Position numbers and translations under genes: made by a program
Notes under the pieces: model-generated
The model's database searches: none
Told to the model about the DNA's origin: nothing
Seen by the model: only the letters and a program-made list of their open reading frames with translations
Shown here: one piece after another, positions 27,692 through 41,144 of the stretch
Layout of the letters: each line of letters begins with the position of its first letter
Numbering within the stretch: the first letter of the stretch is position 1
Origin: Perkinsus olseni
Taxonomy: Eukaryota
Assembly (NCBI GenBank): GCA_013115125.1
Contig: JABANN010000097.1
Span: 1-64,000 of the forward strand
Reading direction: 5' to 3'
DNA length: 64,000 nt

Positions 27692-27989
27692 TAACGAGGA
27701 ATACGACGACCAATACTATTTTTACATAATTACCACCTCCTGTAGCAGCTGACCCTTGTCGTCGTCGTCGTCGTCGTGGCTTATATACTATACCGCTATT
27801 CATAGTGATCGTCACAGCAGGATCAGCAATGTGGATGCATAACACTACTACCGTGGGGGCGCTGACTCTGCTGCTTTGATCGGTGCTGTTGTTGAGGATA
27901 GTTTCCATCGTCTCATTGCTGCCTTTCAGTACGTGTTGAGTTCCCGTCAGTTGCTTCACCTTGCTCTCGCCGACTAGAGTGTATTGGGT

Positions 27990-30900
27990 ATGGGGGTGCG
28001 GCACGAGGGTGAAGCGAAGAGGAACCGACCAACCCGACTGGACAGTATCGCAGCTAGTGGTAGACTAGAGGGACTAGAGGCAGAACTGAATCACTGGATA
28101 GCTGATACAATAGACGCACACGATCAGCATGCTACGCGGCATCTAGTAGACGGCCATAGCCCCCAGCAGACTAGCAGCAGCGTCCTCTTAGGTAGAGGAG
28201 GTCTCCCAGTTGTGCTCGAAGTGGACCTCGAACCGCACACTACCTAGTAGGGTGGTCGTAGAGATGCTGAACAGGGTCGAACGAGGATTGAATAGGGTGA
28301 TGCCAATGGACCTCAGCTCGAGGGGCTACACAATGCCACTTAGATGCCTCACACTAGTAATACACGCAGTTTGCTACTGTACAATATAGCTAACATCTAC
28401 CGCAAGAAGAGGGACTACAGGGAAGCCTGCATGTATGACTACAATAATGAGGCAGGTCGCTGCTGCTGATGTATTGGTACGTAGGTACCTATCAGCGGCA
28501 CTCGATGATACCGAGACCTACCTCTCCTCCGTGATCAATCTCAACCTTGCGGAGGTCCTCGCCAAGCTTGGCCGTCATGAGGAGGCATTCGGTCATGCTT
28601 CGAGGTCGGATAGGATATCCAGTTCGAAGATACTTCATGATTCTCATCAGGGCGATAGCGATACTTACGAACCTGCCAGAGACCAATGGCCACCATTCAC
28701 AATCCTCCAGTACCTCCTCCAGGACGGCAGTGCACTGTGTTGAACCAGCCGTGCTGTGGGCCACTGCTGCCGCATACGACATCATAGCGACAGAGTTGGC
28801 GCATCTCGGACAAGTAGGACGATTACTATGCAGTGCCAACTATCGTCAACACAGATCAGAGACGCCGTTAGAGCGCATCTACAAGCATATGAATTTGCTG
28901 TTGCCGCGGCTGGCCCCCACGGGCATGGTCAGTAGTTCTCATTGCTCTACGATAGAACGCCATCCCTGCGTCATAGATACCCCGGCTGTCGGATCCTATC
29001 GCCACCGGTATCTTATGGCCACTCTGAGGCTCCCAGAGCCTACGTCAGCGAAGCCCGCCCGAGAGACCTATCGCTGTGTCAACTGGCCTGCATCTTCTGC
29101 TCGTACCAAAAACGTTGACAGCAGCAGGCATTCACCACGAAGTGCGCCAGACCAGCTATCGTAATGATTAGTCACGCGTATTCAGGTGACCTCAAGAGGC
29201 GGTCTACCGGTCGGAGAACTTCGACTACGACCGGAACTCGGAGGGACCGGAGATGCTCACCCCAGCCACGGGAGAGTCTATTAGTCGATAGAGTGTGCAT
29301 CAACAGCGACTACAGCCCCCTCCCTCACAGCCTTCATCACAGGCTCGGCAATTCGACAACTTCAATGTAAAAGTATACGATCGCGAGGATGGTGTGTTGA
29401 TTCGAGCCACGGATGCTCTATCCACCCACCGCACTACGGTGCCTGGGTAGGGGAAGGGGGTGATGCCACCCCGCTACGTCCCTTCATAGGTATGTATACA
29501 TCAGCGATGGGGATCTAGCCAACCTACTGTACCATTACTCGGGCCCCTATCACCATGGTACAGGACCTCGCTAGGGCTGCTGTTATTTGGTCACTGGGTG
29601 CTCTGCAAGGTGCCCCCACCAACGACTACGAGGACACGAGAGAGTTCCTTCGTGCCCTCTGTGATAGTGTAACCATCAAGCGGAGCACTACTGTTGCAGG
29701 GAAGAGCTTATCGATCACATTCCAGTCACCAGAGGTCCTCCTCGTCCACCCTCCTCAGTAGCAGTCATTGCGTAGGTCTACCGATCCCTCAACATACTGG
29801 GTCAAGCGAAGCACAGGGGCTTGTCTGGGAGAACGGCAGCGGGTGATTCGCGGTCTCACTTCCCCCGCAGCGTCCACTTGCATGGTGCAGGATCTCTCAC
29901 ACCCCGAGCACCCTTGGGCAGACGACTACACGAGATGAGGCGGAGACGGTAGAGGGCAACACCCAACTGGGAATCTCCTCAAACAAGGGATCAGGTTCCG
30001 TAGAGCTGAGGCGTCCTCCCAACAACAACAACAACATGTACACAGCGCCATGACCAACACCAAAGCATACTATGATAATTATGGATTCCACGGTTTCTGC
30101 TCCGGTGGCAGAGGAGACCCCTTTCTCTCCGCCTACTACGGCGAGGACAAGGTGTATTCACAGGACGGCACGGCAGACCTCTTCTCATCGGAGGTGGGGC
30201 TGCCTGCAGTACCACTCAAGACCGCTGATGCTAGCAGGTGGAGGGAGAGGAGATGAGCGAGGCGAGTAGTAGCAGTGGATTCACCAGCCCCCACAGGGTA
30301 TGCAAGCATCCTCACCTCACCTCTCTTGCGGCCGAAATATCTTGCAGGGGTTCTCCCCTACCTTACCTGAGGCTGCGCCGCGTATGAACCAGTCAAGGAG
30401 GCCCTCTGGTGGTAGAAGACTCTTCGCCAACACATCGGGTACTACTCATTGGATGGTCCTGTAAATCGGTCAGATGGTAGCAGGCAGCGGCCCGAAGAGC
30501 GCTCGGCTCCTTGTACCTTCATCTAGCGGGATGGTCGCCGCTAACGCCGCCCCGAGGCGAGCAAACACGAGCCGGGGACCCAGTAGAAGATCTAGAACTA
30601 GGGGAGTCACCTCTCTGCCGACAGCGTATCCACACGATCAACTGGTGGGCATGGAGGAGGCGCTCTACTGGCGGCAACACAGGTCATCGTGAGAATTTAG
30701 CGAATGACAATAGTCCCGGCTTCATTAGGCGACCAATGGACGACAGCAGATGCTTAGCGGCGCGAGGGAGTGGTAGGGTACTCGATCAAGTTTCCAAGAT
30801 ATATCGACCGACGGAGCGTCCCCGTCCGAGGAGTGCCTTCACTAACCCGCAGACAGGCGGAACCCATCAACCACGAATACAGTCTTCCCGGTCGCGGTGA

Positions 30901-31853
30901 GTACTGATGATAGCCCCACAATCCCGCTGTCTGTCCCGCCACCTCTTCAGTCCCCAGTCCGCTCGCCGTCCAGCCTCTGCACGTAGCCAGCCTAGGTCCG
31001 CTGCTGCCGCCGATGATCCGTCAGCTCAAATAGATCGCTACATGCGGTCTCTCGTTGATGGGGCTGGCCATGACCGTAAGCTCATCAGTACTTGGACGAG
31101 TCAACTGCAATGCATTTTCCACTTGCAGGGTTGGGCAACTTGACGCGGCCTATATCCTCTAAGAGCAGGAAGCATCGTCGAGAGTATCATGAACCCGCTG
31201 CCGTGGAGCCAGGGTTCGTGTAGGTAGGCGGTTGTGATAATGCTGTGTCGCAAGAGCCGGTAAGGGCTCAGATATGACGACCCCACCGAAGACCCCGTGC
31301 TCGACTCGGTGGAAGAGATCTTGGAAGATCCACATGAGGTGGAAGAAGTGAGAATTCTCGAGTCTTCCCTCGTGCTCATATCCATCTATAAGCTGTCAGG
31401 AAGCTCTGTTCACGGAGGAGGATCTCATACTCGAAGGTCCAGAAGATTATAGGCCTCAGGAAACCGAAAATGATACCTTCAGCGGCCGATCATCGCAGGT
31501 GAACCCCCGTTGGAAGGCTGGGTGGGGGCTGATCGTTGTCAGGAGTGCTCGGATGCTGCTCTGTTCGAACACCTCTCCTATGAGGTGGATGATTATCCAC
31601 TGCAATACGACGAGAGCGAGGATGTGAGCCATGCTATCGCCGGATCAGCCTTCGTAAGGAAATTGGCGACGCCGCCTGAGTGATGCCTTGCATGTGGTTT
31701 CAAGGAGGAGCTTCCTCACTCGCCGTCGAACTCGCGCGAACCACGACCAAGCTCGCCCCCGGCCAGACGAGTACCACTAGGGTGGCGTCCCTCGAATGAG
31801 GAGAGTGGATCAGTCGAGATTAGCGGTGAACAAGACATTTCGCCATCGACATA
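27990..31853 (+). CDS. Hypothetical protein(s): TPR-like N-terminal region and long low-complexity region; may be more than one gene
   Basis: LLYNIANIYRKKRDYREA and LNLAEVLAKLGRHEEAFGHA resemble TPR helices; many short exons follow. Confidence 0.4.
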
Positions 31854-32186
31854 GCAGCCGAGGGGCCAGTGTCATGATTTCACGCAGCTTCTCATTGTTC
31901 GCCTTGTGTTTGGTTGTGAGTCTCACTACCATGTCATCGGTGCCCCATGCATCATAGATGAAATCCCCTTTTCGCTTTGAGGAGCTCACATGTAATCAGG
32001 TGTTGGAGACCTGGCGTGAGGGATGCTTGAGCGCTGCCACGTGAATAAGTCCTCACTAGATTGGCCGTTTTTGAGTGTTCAGTCTATTGACACGCTTTGC
32101 TGTCCTTATCCTTGGGTTGATGGAAACTATTCACTCCGCCGCATCGACTCACAAAGAATACTATGAACACAACAAGCTGATGTATC

Positions 32187-34180
32187 TCATGTATCGATTA
32201 CTTTAGCGTCACAAGGGCTCTGCCCCGGCCGCCTACACCCGAAGTCGGTCTTACAGGAGGGGCACTCTGAGCTCTCCTCGAGCAGCCAGCGATCAATGCA
32301 GGTAGCGTGGAAGTGATGCAAACAAGGCAGGGTCCGCATGAAGCACGCTGGAGTGTACTCCTCCATGCATATGGCACATGTCCTCTGCTTGTGCTGCTCG
32401 TCGTAACGCCATCTTGGGAAGGTTTCCAGTACGGCTGGATCGATACCACGATACTCAGCAGGAGCCTCTTCTCTATTATCTTCGGTCAAAGTATCAAGGA
32501 ACGTCCCACTCTCGCCCGGAGGGGTACCATGAAAGTGGATTTGAGAGGAGGACGAAGAGGACGATGACGATTCCACCGGCGGGGCTCGCCTTTCGACGGA
32601 CACAGTGTCGCAGAGGACATCCGCGAAGCGACCGAGCCTGCACGGACGTATCTCATCGGAGGGTCGTCGAAGGGTTGGCGGCGCGACCTCTACATCAGCA
32701 TGTAATGAATCGATGAAATCCATTGGATGAATCAACTGCAGGGAAGTTGGTGCCTTTCACCATTCTATTATGTATTCAAGACAACCAGAGCAGTAGTTGA
32801 GAAAGAGAATGGCTGTAATGCGCCTGAAATCGAAGGTGTAGAAAAAAAGATGGCCAAGGAATCGCCCAAACGGTGTTGAACGAGTTTGTCTCCTCCAAGA
32901 GTCAACGTAACTTCGACGACGAGAGCCACGACGGTGCGAGCTCAGATCTAAGAGAAAACTAGTCCCACGAAGGGAGGAGAATTCTGTCGAGGAAGGACGC
33001 ATCTCGGGACTTCCGGGGCATCGTCGCATTCGTTACATGCAAGCTCACCTCGACATCTGCAATCAAAGATGGTAGCCTCTTCGACGACAGCTGAGGCGAT
33101 TCCTTCTACGTCGTCTGCAGTGGTGGCGCGCGGAAGTCAGACCTCGGACACGACCTGCAGTACGAGTATCGTGATTCACGGGGTCCTACACAGAGCGATC
33201 CGTAACACCAGAGACGAAGTGACTATTCAACACAATCCGAAGCACACCCCCACGCTTCCCTCGATTCATTCGGGAGCTCACATCCTCTTCTCCTCAACTG
33301 CAGAAGGCCGATGGCATCAGCGAGTATGCCGAGAAGAGGACGGACAAAGCCTGTACGAGATCCTTCGACCTCCGATGGCCTCCCAACGATGTCGCGCCGA
33401 GCCTCCTGAGGGATGAAGATCCAATAGCATACTACTCTACCAAGGGCGCTAGCTACTACCCGCTCGCTGTACGATGGAGCTGAAGGAGCTGCAGTCGCAG
33501 TGTATCCATGCAGGGCTTGCCTTTCATCAGGGTTCCCTGTTGAGGTACCAGCGGTCGAATGTGGACCTGTGAATCCTCAATCCAGCAGCATAACCGAAGA
33601 GGCGACTCCTTGTCAAGGAGTCCTTGAAGCCCTACTATCGGCCGCAGCTGTCCGGTTATCGAAGTGCAAGAATTCGGATATGACTAGCTTCTTGACAGGA
33701 TGACCAGCAGGGAAGGGCGTGATGAAGGATAGGAGAGTCCTGAAGACACCAATCACACCAAGGCACTGATGAAAAGGATGCCCACTGAATGAAGAGCTCC
33801 AGCTCTCTACGCTGCCCCTCTGCAAGATTCTCATCGAAACGGGTAGATGTCCCGAGACGAGGAGGCGCCGGTAGGGGGGACCTGAGGCACTATGCTGCCT
33901 GAACTCCCCTATGCTTCTTATCCTACGGTGTTGCCATGCCAGTGAGCTCCTCGAAGTCCATCGCTAGTGCTTGGAACTCACTAAAACGTCGGGATACATC
34001 GTACCTAGCAAACTCCATAGCATAGACAAGGAGGAGAACCCCATACTCATGCTGCCATCCCCCAGCCGTGGTGGCCAGGACATGGATGGGGTAGTGAGGG
34101 ATGGGGGAGGCCTGGATAGGAGGGGAAGAGGGTGCTGGTAAAGTCAAGGTTAATGTGTATTCATCGGCCGCATCTACCAT
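32187..34180 (-). CDS. PX-domain + C-terminal RING-H2 protein
   Basis: PX-like VSRRFSEFQALAMDF / LPAPPRLGTSTRFDENLAEGQRRELELFI / HPVKKLVISEFL; RING-H2 CAICMEEY...LPCLHHFHATCIDRWL...CPSC. Confidence 0.75.
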
Positions 34181-34435
34181 TGAGGATATAAATGTATTGC
34201 TGAGGAGAAGCCGCGGATGGTCACAATGACGCAACTCAGGTGAGAACTGATAGCATGCGGTAGGCATTGATCCCCAGTGGTAGGGGAGGAAACGTAGCAG
34301 TACTCGGAGTTGGTGGGGGGGGGCAGTGAGGAGGGCCGCGATCGCACATGCAGCAGCAGCAGCAGTACTATGATTATGTCATGAGCATTTAATATTAGTA
34401 TCATGCAGTGTGGCACTTGTACGTAATCATCATCG

Positions 34436-36138
34436 TTAATTGATATCAGCTGAAGACATCCCCCCTGATACGTCTGACGAGGCGGATATCCTGAGAAAGG
34501 CAGGCGAAGGAGGCCGATCGTCAGTCTGACCAGTGTCAGTATGAATCATGAGTGGGCAGCACCTTCGACATTAGTGTCACCCGCTTGGCGTGAATCGCCA
34601 CCAGCATAGCATCCTCGAAGAGCCCAACCTGATCCGATAAGTAAGGACTCTCATTATGACTCACCTTGGCCCACCAGGTAAGCCTCCGCCGCCGTCTGCA
34701 ACGCTATCAACGCCTCTTGTGACCACCTAGCGGAGAGAAAGGATAGGATAGAGAGAATCGAGACAGACGTACCTCCATTCCTCCCCCACAAACAGTAGCT
34801 GTATCTCCCGGACCACTCTGGCAAAGGGAGCCTTGGGTACCAACAGTTCTGTCGTTCTCTAAGGTGACCATCATCATCTACCGTCATCACGGCACTCCCC
34901 TCTACTTGGAATTGCCGTATCTCCTTAAGGGCCTTGGTGCCGGGACGGAACCTCCGCTTCTTTTTACCATCGGACCCACCACTAGGGCGACCTGATGCCA
35001 GGCAGCATCACAGCACCACCTCTTGCTACTATTACTCGGTCGGGCCGCGGCTTTCTTAGTCGATGGTCTCCGGGCAGGGGGGGCCGGTGGCTGCTGCCTT
35101 GGTGCTCTGAGCCAATAACGGTGCTGCCTGCAAGTGGCACTCCCTTCATACCGCTTAGGACTTATCCTCCGCGCTGTCGGGGGCGTCCCTCTCATCTGTA
35201 CAACTCCTCTTGGGGGGCCTGATTACAGAACGCCAATTTCCTCTCGTACCGCATAAGGGACTGGCCTTACTGCCACGAAGGGTGGACGGCGGAGTGATGG
35301 GAGAAGTTGGCCGGGCGCGTCTCGCAGGAGGGGAGGGGGTCCTCCGCCTTGGTGGGGGCGGCGGTGCCCTTTTAGGGGTTGGTACCGTTTCCGGAGGGCT
35401 CATCGGTTCACTGGACTCGGATGATGCTCCGGCTGGTGTGCTCCTGCGGAAAGAAGAGGTAGGTCTCATCAGACGAGGCTCCTACTTGGCCGCTGTCCGG
35501 GCCCCGGCCTTCGCTGGTGTACCTCTCCTCCCGCCTGACAATGAACCAGCAGCGAGTTAGAGGCAGGTAGTTCATCCTCGACAGAGTGAAGGCATGCTGT
35601 AGTAGTGTAAAGATTGGGTTAGCGGGTTAGCCCAACCCTGCTGCTGGATACACTCGATGCATGGAGCCCAGCAGACCCACTTGATGGCGATCGTCGTCCG
35701 GGAGATCTACCGCGAGGCGGAGGAGGCGGGGCTCTCTTGGGTGTAGGTACCGGTCCTGGTGGGGTCATTGGTTCGCTGGACTCCGATGACCCTGGCGAGG
35801 AGTCACTGATGAGAGAATGAATTAGTGACCCTGTTCTGGCCGGAATTAGAACCCACCCGTCATCAACCCCATCATCCGTAGGGCGGGCATCCCTTCGAGG
35901 AGGGCCTCTCCTGCTACCTGATACAAGGAAAGGGAAATCACGATGAGGTGGATGCCGCCTACCTTGCGAAGAGAAAAGTGCAGATAGACGGGGGAACATA
36001 CGGCGGAGAAGAGAGGAGGAGCGGAAGAAGTAAGGACTGATGACGATAACTCAGGAGAATGCACCCACCTGATGGTGGTCCTCTCGATGATGATGCTGAT
36101 GATGATCCGGACGATCGTTGACTCGTTCGAGGTAGCAT
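34436..36138 (-). CDS. CENH3: Centromeric histone H3 variant (CenH3/CENP-A-like) with long N-terminal tail
   Basis: KKRRFRPGTKALKEIRQFQ / RTTELLVPKAPFARVVREIQLLFVGEEW / RWSQEALIALQTAAEAYL / VGLFEDAMLVAIHAKRVTLMSK / DIRLVRRIRG. Shows the CenH3-type changes at H3 Q68 (A), F84 (W) and T107 (A), and has no ARTKQTAR tail. Confidence 0.85.
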
Positions 36139-36379
36139 GCGGAAAGAGATTCACTCCCCCTGCACAGACCCGAGAGGGGGCAAGAACAGGACGAGCGGGG
36201 GCCCACGGGCGTGATACTACCACCGAGATCTAGCTGCCGTCAACGCAAGGACTGCGATGGGGGGAACAGCACAGACATCATGCCATCAAGGAACGATCAG
36301 ACTTTGTGGGAAGTTGTTATCATTACGAAAGTTGTGCTTCTCTGAAGGGGACATATCTTCCATCAGTGATATCCTCTCA

Positions 36380-37536
36380 GTAATGTGTTGCTCTGGGGTA
36401 CTGCACCACGACCAATGGCTTCAGCCCTGTTTTTTCTTCTTCTGTTTCTTCTGTTTCTTCTTCTCACTCTCTCGGCCTGCCGGCGCATCTACGACGAAGA
36501 AACCTCTGCATCCCCGTCAAAGCAATCTGCCTGGAATGGTCTCCTTACCGGTATCTCCCTTCTTCTTGCGTGCCTTCTTATCTTTCTTCCCCCTCTCTTG
36601 CTTGTCGCTTCCCTCCTTGGTTTTCCTCTTTTTCTTCTTTTTTCTCCCCCTGTTCTCCACCCTCCTCTCCTTCCACTCAAGATGCATCAGCGCCCGTCTT
36701 TCCAGCTCTTTGGCCTCCTTCAGACCCTACCACCACCAGGAGTCATTCAGAGCAACCAGCCACTCAAACAAACTATCACTCAAACGCCACCGAGACGCCA
36801 CGCTACTCCACTCTCGCTCGCGACGAATTGCGAAAGGTACGGTAAGAAAGTCGCAATTGCCTACCGCCTTCCCCTTATTATTTATAAGATAGTCCCTGCG
36901 GGCAAAGGCCCACTCAACGATCTCCTCAGTGTCGGTATCACTGTATTCTTGCCCTGGCTTCATAGGCTTGTAATTGTCCCGATCTGTGATAGACTGTGAG
37001 GGGCACTACTTTTAGCCGTACCCGCCTCTCACCTTTCTTCCTCTTCCTCTGCATCTCCAGCATCCTGACAGGGTCCTTCTCCAAGTAAAGGCTTTTGCGC
37101 TGCTTGCGTGCCGCTGAGGTCAGTACAGCGCCTCAGCTCAGAGGCCTAGCCTTCCTTCTCACTCCGTTTCTTCTCGCTTTCCATCTCTGCTTCCTTCTGA
37201 GCACGTTTCTTGGCCTCCTCACGCTCCTGTGAGAGGATGATGGATCAGAATGAGCAGCAGCGGGCGTCGATGTACTCGGATATCCGCCTCTTCCTGTAAC
37301 CGCTTGACCTCTGCTTCGTAGTCCACTTCGAACAAGTAGTCCTCATCATAATCCTCTTGGTCCTCCCCCTCAGCGTCATCGTCCGCCTTGCTGTCCTGGG
37401 CGCTAGCCTTCGGCTTTGACTTGGAGGATCCCGTACGTGTAAGAAGGAAGACTGCGAACAGCAGGTCCCCGGGCGTGGTCCACCCATTGGCCTTCAACGC
37501 AAGGTGTGGTAGCCAGGCTCGGGGAGGCAAGCGCAT
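36380..37536 (-). CDS. Hypothetical Lys/Glu-rich coiled-coil protein
   Basis: Exons DYEAEVKRLQEEADIR, EREEAKKRAQKE, DTDTEEIVEWAFARRDYL, plus K/E-rich tail. Confidence 0.5.
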
Positions 37537-37673
37537 GCTGCTGTCTTTGATTTGTCTTTCAAACGACCACTAACTTGGGAACTGACTTGAATTGTGCATT
37601 GGCGTGAACTTATAGAGAGAGACGGGTAAGGTGGGCGACTGCTACTACTGCCACTATACAAAAGTGGTCTCCT

Positions 37674-40600
37674 CTACTTATACTGAATCCCCTTCTCGTC
37701 GAGCCATCTCTTCCACAAGCTTTGATTCTCCTTGATCCATCCAGGTGCGTTGAGGTAGGGGTCATAGGGGCACATGGACATCTGGCGATAGGCTACTAAC
37801 TGACGATAATGATAGCGATAGGCGACCGAATCAGAGTATGGTACATTGCGGCGCTGCTGCATGCCGTCATCCTGGTTGTGGAGTATGGCTTTCATGGCTA
37901 CCCCCAGAGATAATCGATCGGCTTCTACCTTCATGAAGTCTCGTGTCATATCTTATGGATAATGATCAGGCCCGCTGAGCCATCATGACCTTACTAGGAG
38001 CATCTCCCATACTCCGTGAGAAGCACGGCAGACATGAGCTTTTTCTTCCTCTTCTACTGTGTGCAAGGGCTGCCCTGGGCTGGCTCATCGACATAGCCAG
38101 TATCATAACCTGAACGGGCTCATAGTGGAGTTAAGGTACGGTAGACTGGTATACCTTATCGAAGATACTGGAGAAGTCCTCGAAACTCATCCAGAACATG
38201 CCATCATCACCAGGAGCGAATCCAGTGGCTTCCACCAGCTGTGGATGGGCCCGCCAAGTGGGAAGGTCAGCATCGGACCATCGACCATTCCATTCAGTCG
38301 ATTGAGTGCCATCCCCTTTGCCGTGTGGGTTACGGAGCTGTACCTACCACGACCACGACGATGGTCCATCACGGATAGGGTACGGGTCTTGGTGCTGACC
38401 AATCGTATGTTGCCAACTCGGCAGGCCGATATTAGACTGTACGCATGTCCCAGTACCAGACCATCCGGCCTGAAAGATGGAACCCTCCGCAGGAGAGGCG
38501 TAAGAGGTGGATGCAGACCGGAAATAGCCTTGCAAAGTCCTCGGTGGTTGGAAGCAAGTGATACAGGCGGCCATGAGGTAGTTACGCTCGTCGTAGCTCA
38601 ACAGCTTGTCGAACAAGGCGTCGTTAGTGTACCTGCTCTTACCCGGATGATAATGATAATCGGATGGCCGTTGACGCTACTGTGTCGAGAGAGTCCCTCC
38701 TCGATCCGTAACGCCTTGCCGGACAGGCTTGTATCCACAGGTTGGGCGATCTCGGCTGTGCCATTGCGCCCATCCTCGTTGCCATACCCCAACCTCAGCA
38801 CGCGTCATGTCCTTGTCCAAAGCTCTGCGCTTGAACCTGATCATGCCAGTGGGAGCATCTTCAATATTGTGAGACAAAACAGAATGAGGCATTACTCGTA
38901 GACTTGAGAATAGCCGGTCATGGTCATGAAGGCGAAAGGCTCATGTCCTCCAGCTATCTTGCTGTAGGACCCTACAAACTTGGCCATTGCCTTCTCAAGT
39001 ATAAGACACCTACAGAAGGGAGTAGCGCAAGGTCCAGAGCCAGCACAGCAGCTCACCACATCTCATTGCCATGGGGCGCTGCGAACAGCGGTCTGTACCG
39101 CATGCGAGGCTTCACTCGTCCATCGTAACTGATAGACCATCCCACCAATAGAGGCGACAACGATCCTCGTACACCCGTTTGCCCTGGTCATTCATCCGAT
39201 AGGGTACTTGAGTGTAGTCAGCATAGTACCTGCAAACAAGACACACCGTTGAACCGATACGCTATTTGCGCCAATAGAATCCTAACGCAGAACTAAGTCG
39301 CTGGAGGAGGCGGCTAATTGCGGCCATTTTCGGCCCTTTCTCGAGATGATGGCGACGGATTTGTCTAAGGGTTGGTCCAGTCGTCCTACTTGCATGGGAC
39401 GTAGTCATCTATTGTAATGTTCTCCCAACGGCATTTGGTATGATCATAAAGGCTCACAGTGTATCTCCCTTCAGGGGAGATGGCCTAGAGACAGGGATGA
39501 CGAGAGGACACTGAATATTGGTTCAATTTCCCCACCTTAGGATTTATTCTCTCCACCACTGAGTCGGGGAACTCTGCTAGGCATGCCATACTAGCCAGCA
39601 GCCAGCAGTCCCCAACTACCCCTTGGGTGAGGTCATTGGGCTCTATCGTGTCGTCGAATAGGTTGACCTGAACATGTGCGGTCACGGCCAGGTCCTAAAC
39701 ACAGTTGTTTTGGTATAGCAACTAGTGGAAGTCTCCTCCCTACACCAACAGTAACCCAAGCTGCTCACATGTCCTTACTCGAAGATGTTACGCCGATGAG
39801 ATCGCGCTCCCCCTGATCATCATCATCATCATCACCTTACCGGATCCTCATGGCTGAGGCCACAGTTCATTCGTATGAGGTCGGGTATCCGTATCCACAC
39901 TGCCCCATCGCGCTCCGCGGGTGTTAAGCGTAAGCGGGACTTGTTATCTTCACTGCTAACCGGACCTAGACTGGGCTGTCAGCACAGTCTTGGGCCTTGC
40001 TACTTCACCTATAGTATTCCTGGCGTCCAAAGGTGAGAAGCTCTTGTCCATGAACAGACCATCCCCGCCTGGCCGCGGCACCTAGAGCGGTGCTCCAGGG
40101 GTATCCACAAGACTGAAGGATCGTCACCTTGTCAGGCGGCGGAGCATCTATCGGATTGTGTGAGGCCTTCATAGTCCTCCACCACCTACGAGCCAAGGCT
40201 CCCTACAAGCAATACTGAGTGCCTCTCGCCACGGTGATCGTGTTGGCAGCCTCTGGTTGTGTGTAGGGCGGTCGGGCGGCAGTACATGTGGCGCTTGACA
40301 TGCCTACGCATCCTTCGTCTATCTATCCACCTCCTCAACCTAGCCCTCATGCTCCAACGCTCATGCCTTGCGATCTCCAGGAGCTGCCAGGATTTACCCG
40401 CCTCCGTACCACTACGAGTGGTAGGTCGTTTACTCCTATATAACGCCACTGATGGCGAACCGAGTCGCTGAGCATTACGGTTGTAGGCCCATTGAAGGAG
40501 GAGGCCACCGTGACGAGGGCACGATGTCTCAGGTATGCACGAGCCTCAAGCTCACACCCCCTTACCTCGATCCAACTCTAGCCTTGTGTGGCCCTACGCT

Positions 40601-41004
40601 ATGATAATGATGACTGTCCTGATAGCAACGACATTGTGCAAGGAGTACCATATACAGACCAAGGCACCTTCCTTTGAGAGGCCGACGAGGTACCCGGCCC
40701 AGTGGGAGGACTGTGAGGCTGCTGTACTCGATGATGCTGCTGATGGCCACGTGCGGCGGCAGGAGGTGGATACCCATTGGGCTGGGGCGACAGGGTAGTC
40801 GAGGCTCTATGCTCGAGATCATATGCCGCCCATGCCATTTCTATAGTAGCGTATCTCCTATCCTTAGCTGGACAGTAGTACGTGTACTCTCCTGATCAGA
40901 CTCCTGTCCGACGATTCATGTAGGTAATGCAGCTCACCTGGCCTTGAATGGGAGGCAACCCTGACGTATCCAGGAGGGGGTGCTGAAAAGTAACTCATTC
41001 GCAT
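37674..41004 (-). CDS. Calpain-family (CysPc, peptidase C2) cysteine protease
   Basis: QGVVGDCWLLAS (Cys), ITIDDYVP, LEKAMAKFVGSY, GLVLGHAYS (His), LRNPHG (Asn), EWNGRWSD, DDGMFWMSFEDF. The N-terminal extent is less certain. Confidence 0.9.
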
Positions 41005-41144
41005 CTCACGAGAGATTCTAAGTTTTTGGGTTTTTTAAGGGTTATGAGCTTTTTTTAAGGGCACTTGCAACTTGCAGCCGCAGGTACTACCTCCAGGATG
41101 GTGTCGACTCCCTTTCGATTCTCCTTGGGCAGGCACGACAGGTT

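Noticed and set aside
36257-36999. Phe/Leu-rich + strand ORFs resembling membrane proteins
   Set aside because: Antisense shadow of Lys/Glu-rich (AAG/GAG) coding sequence on the - strand.
38059-38901. 280-aa + strand ORF
   Set aside because: Antisense to well-supported calpain exons and has no motif.
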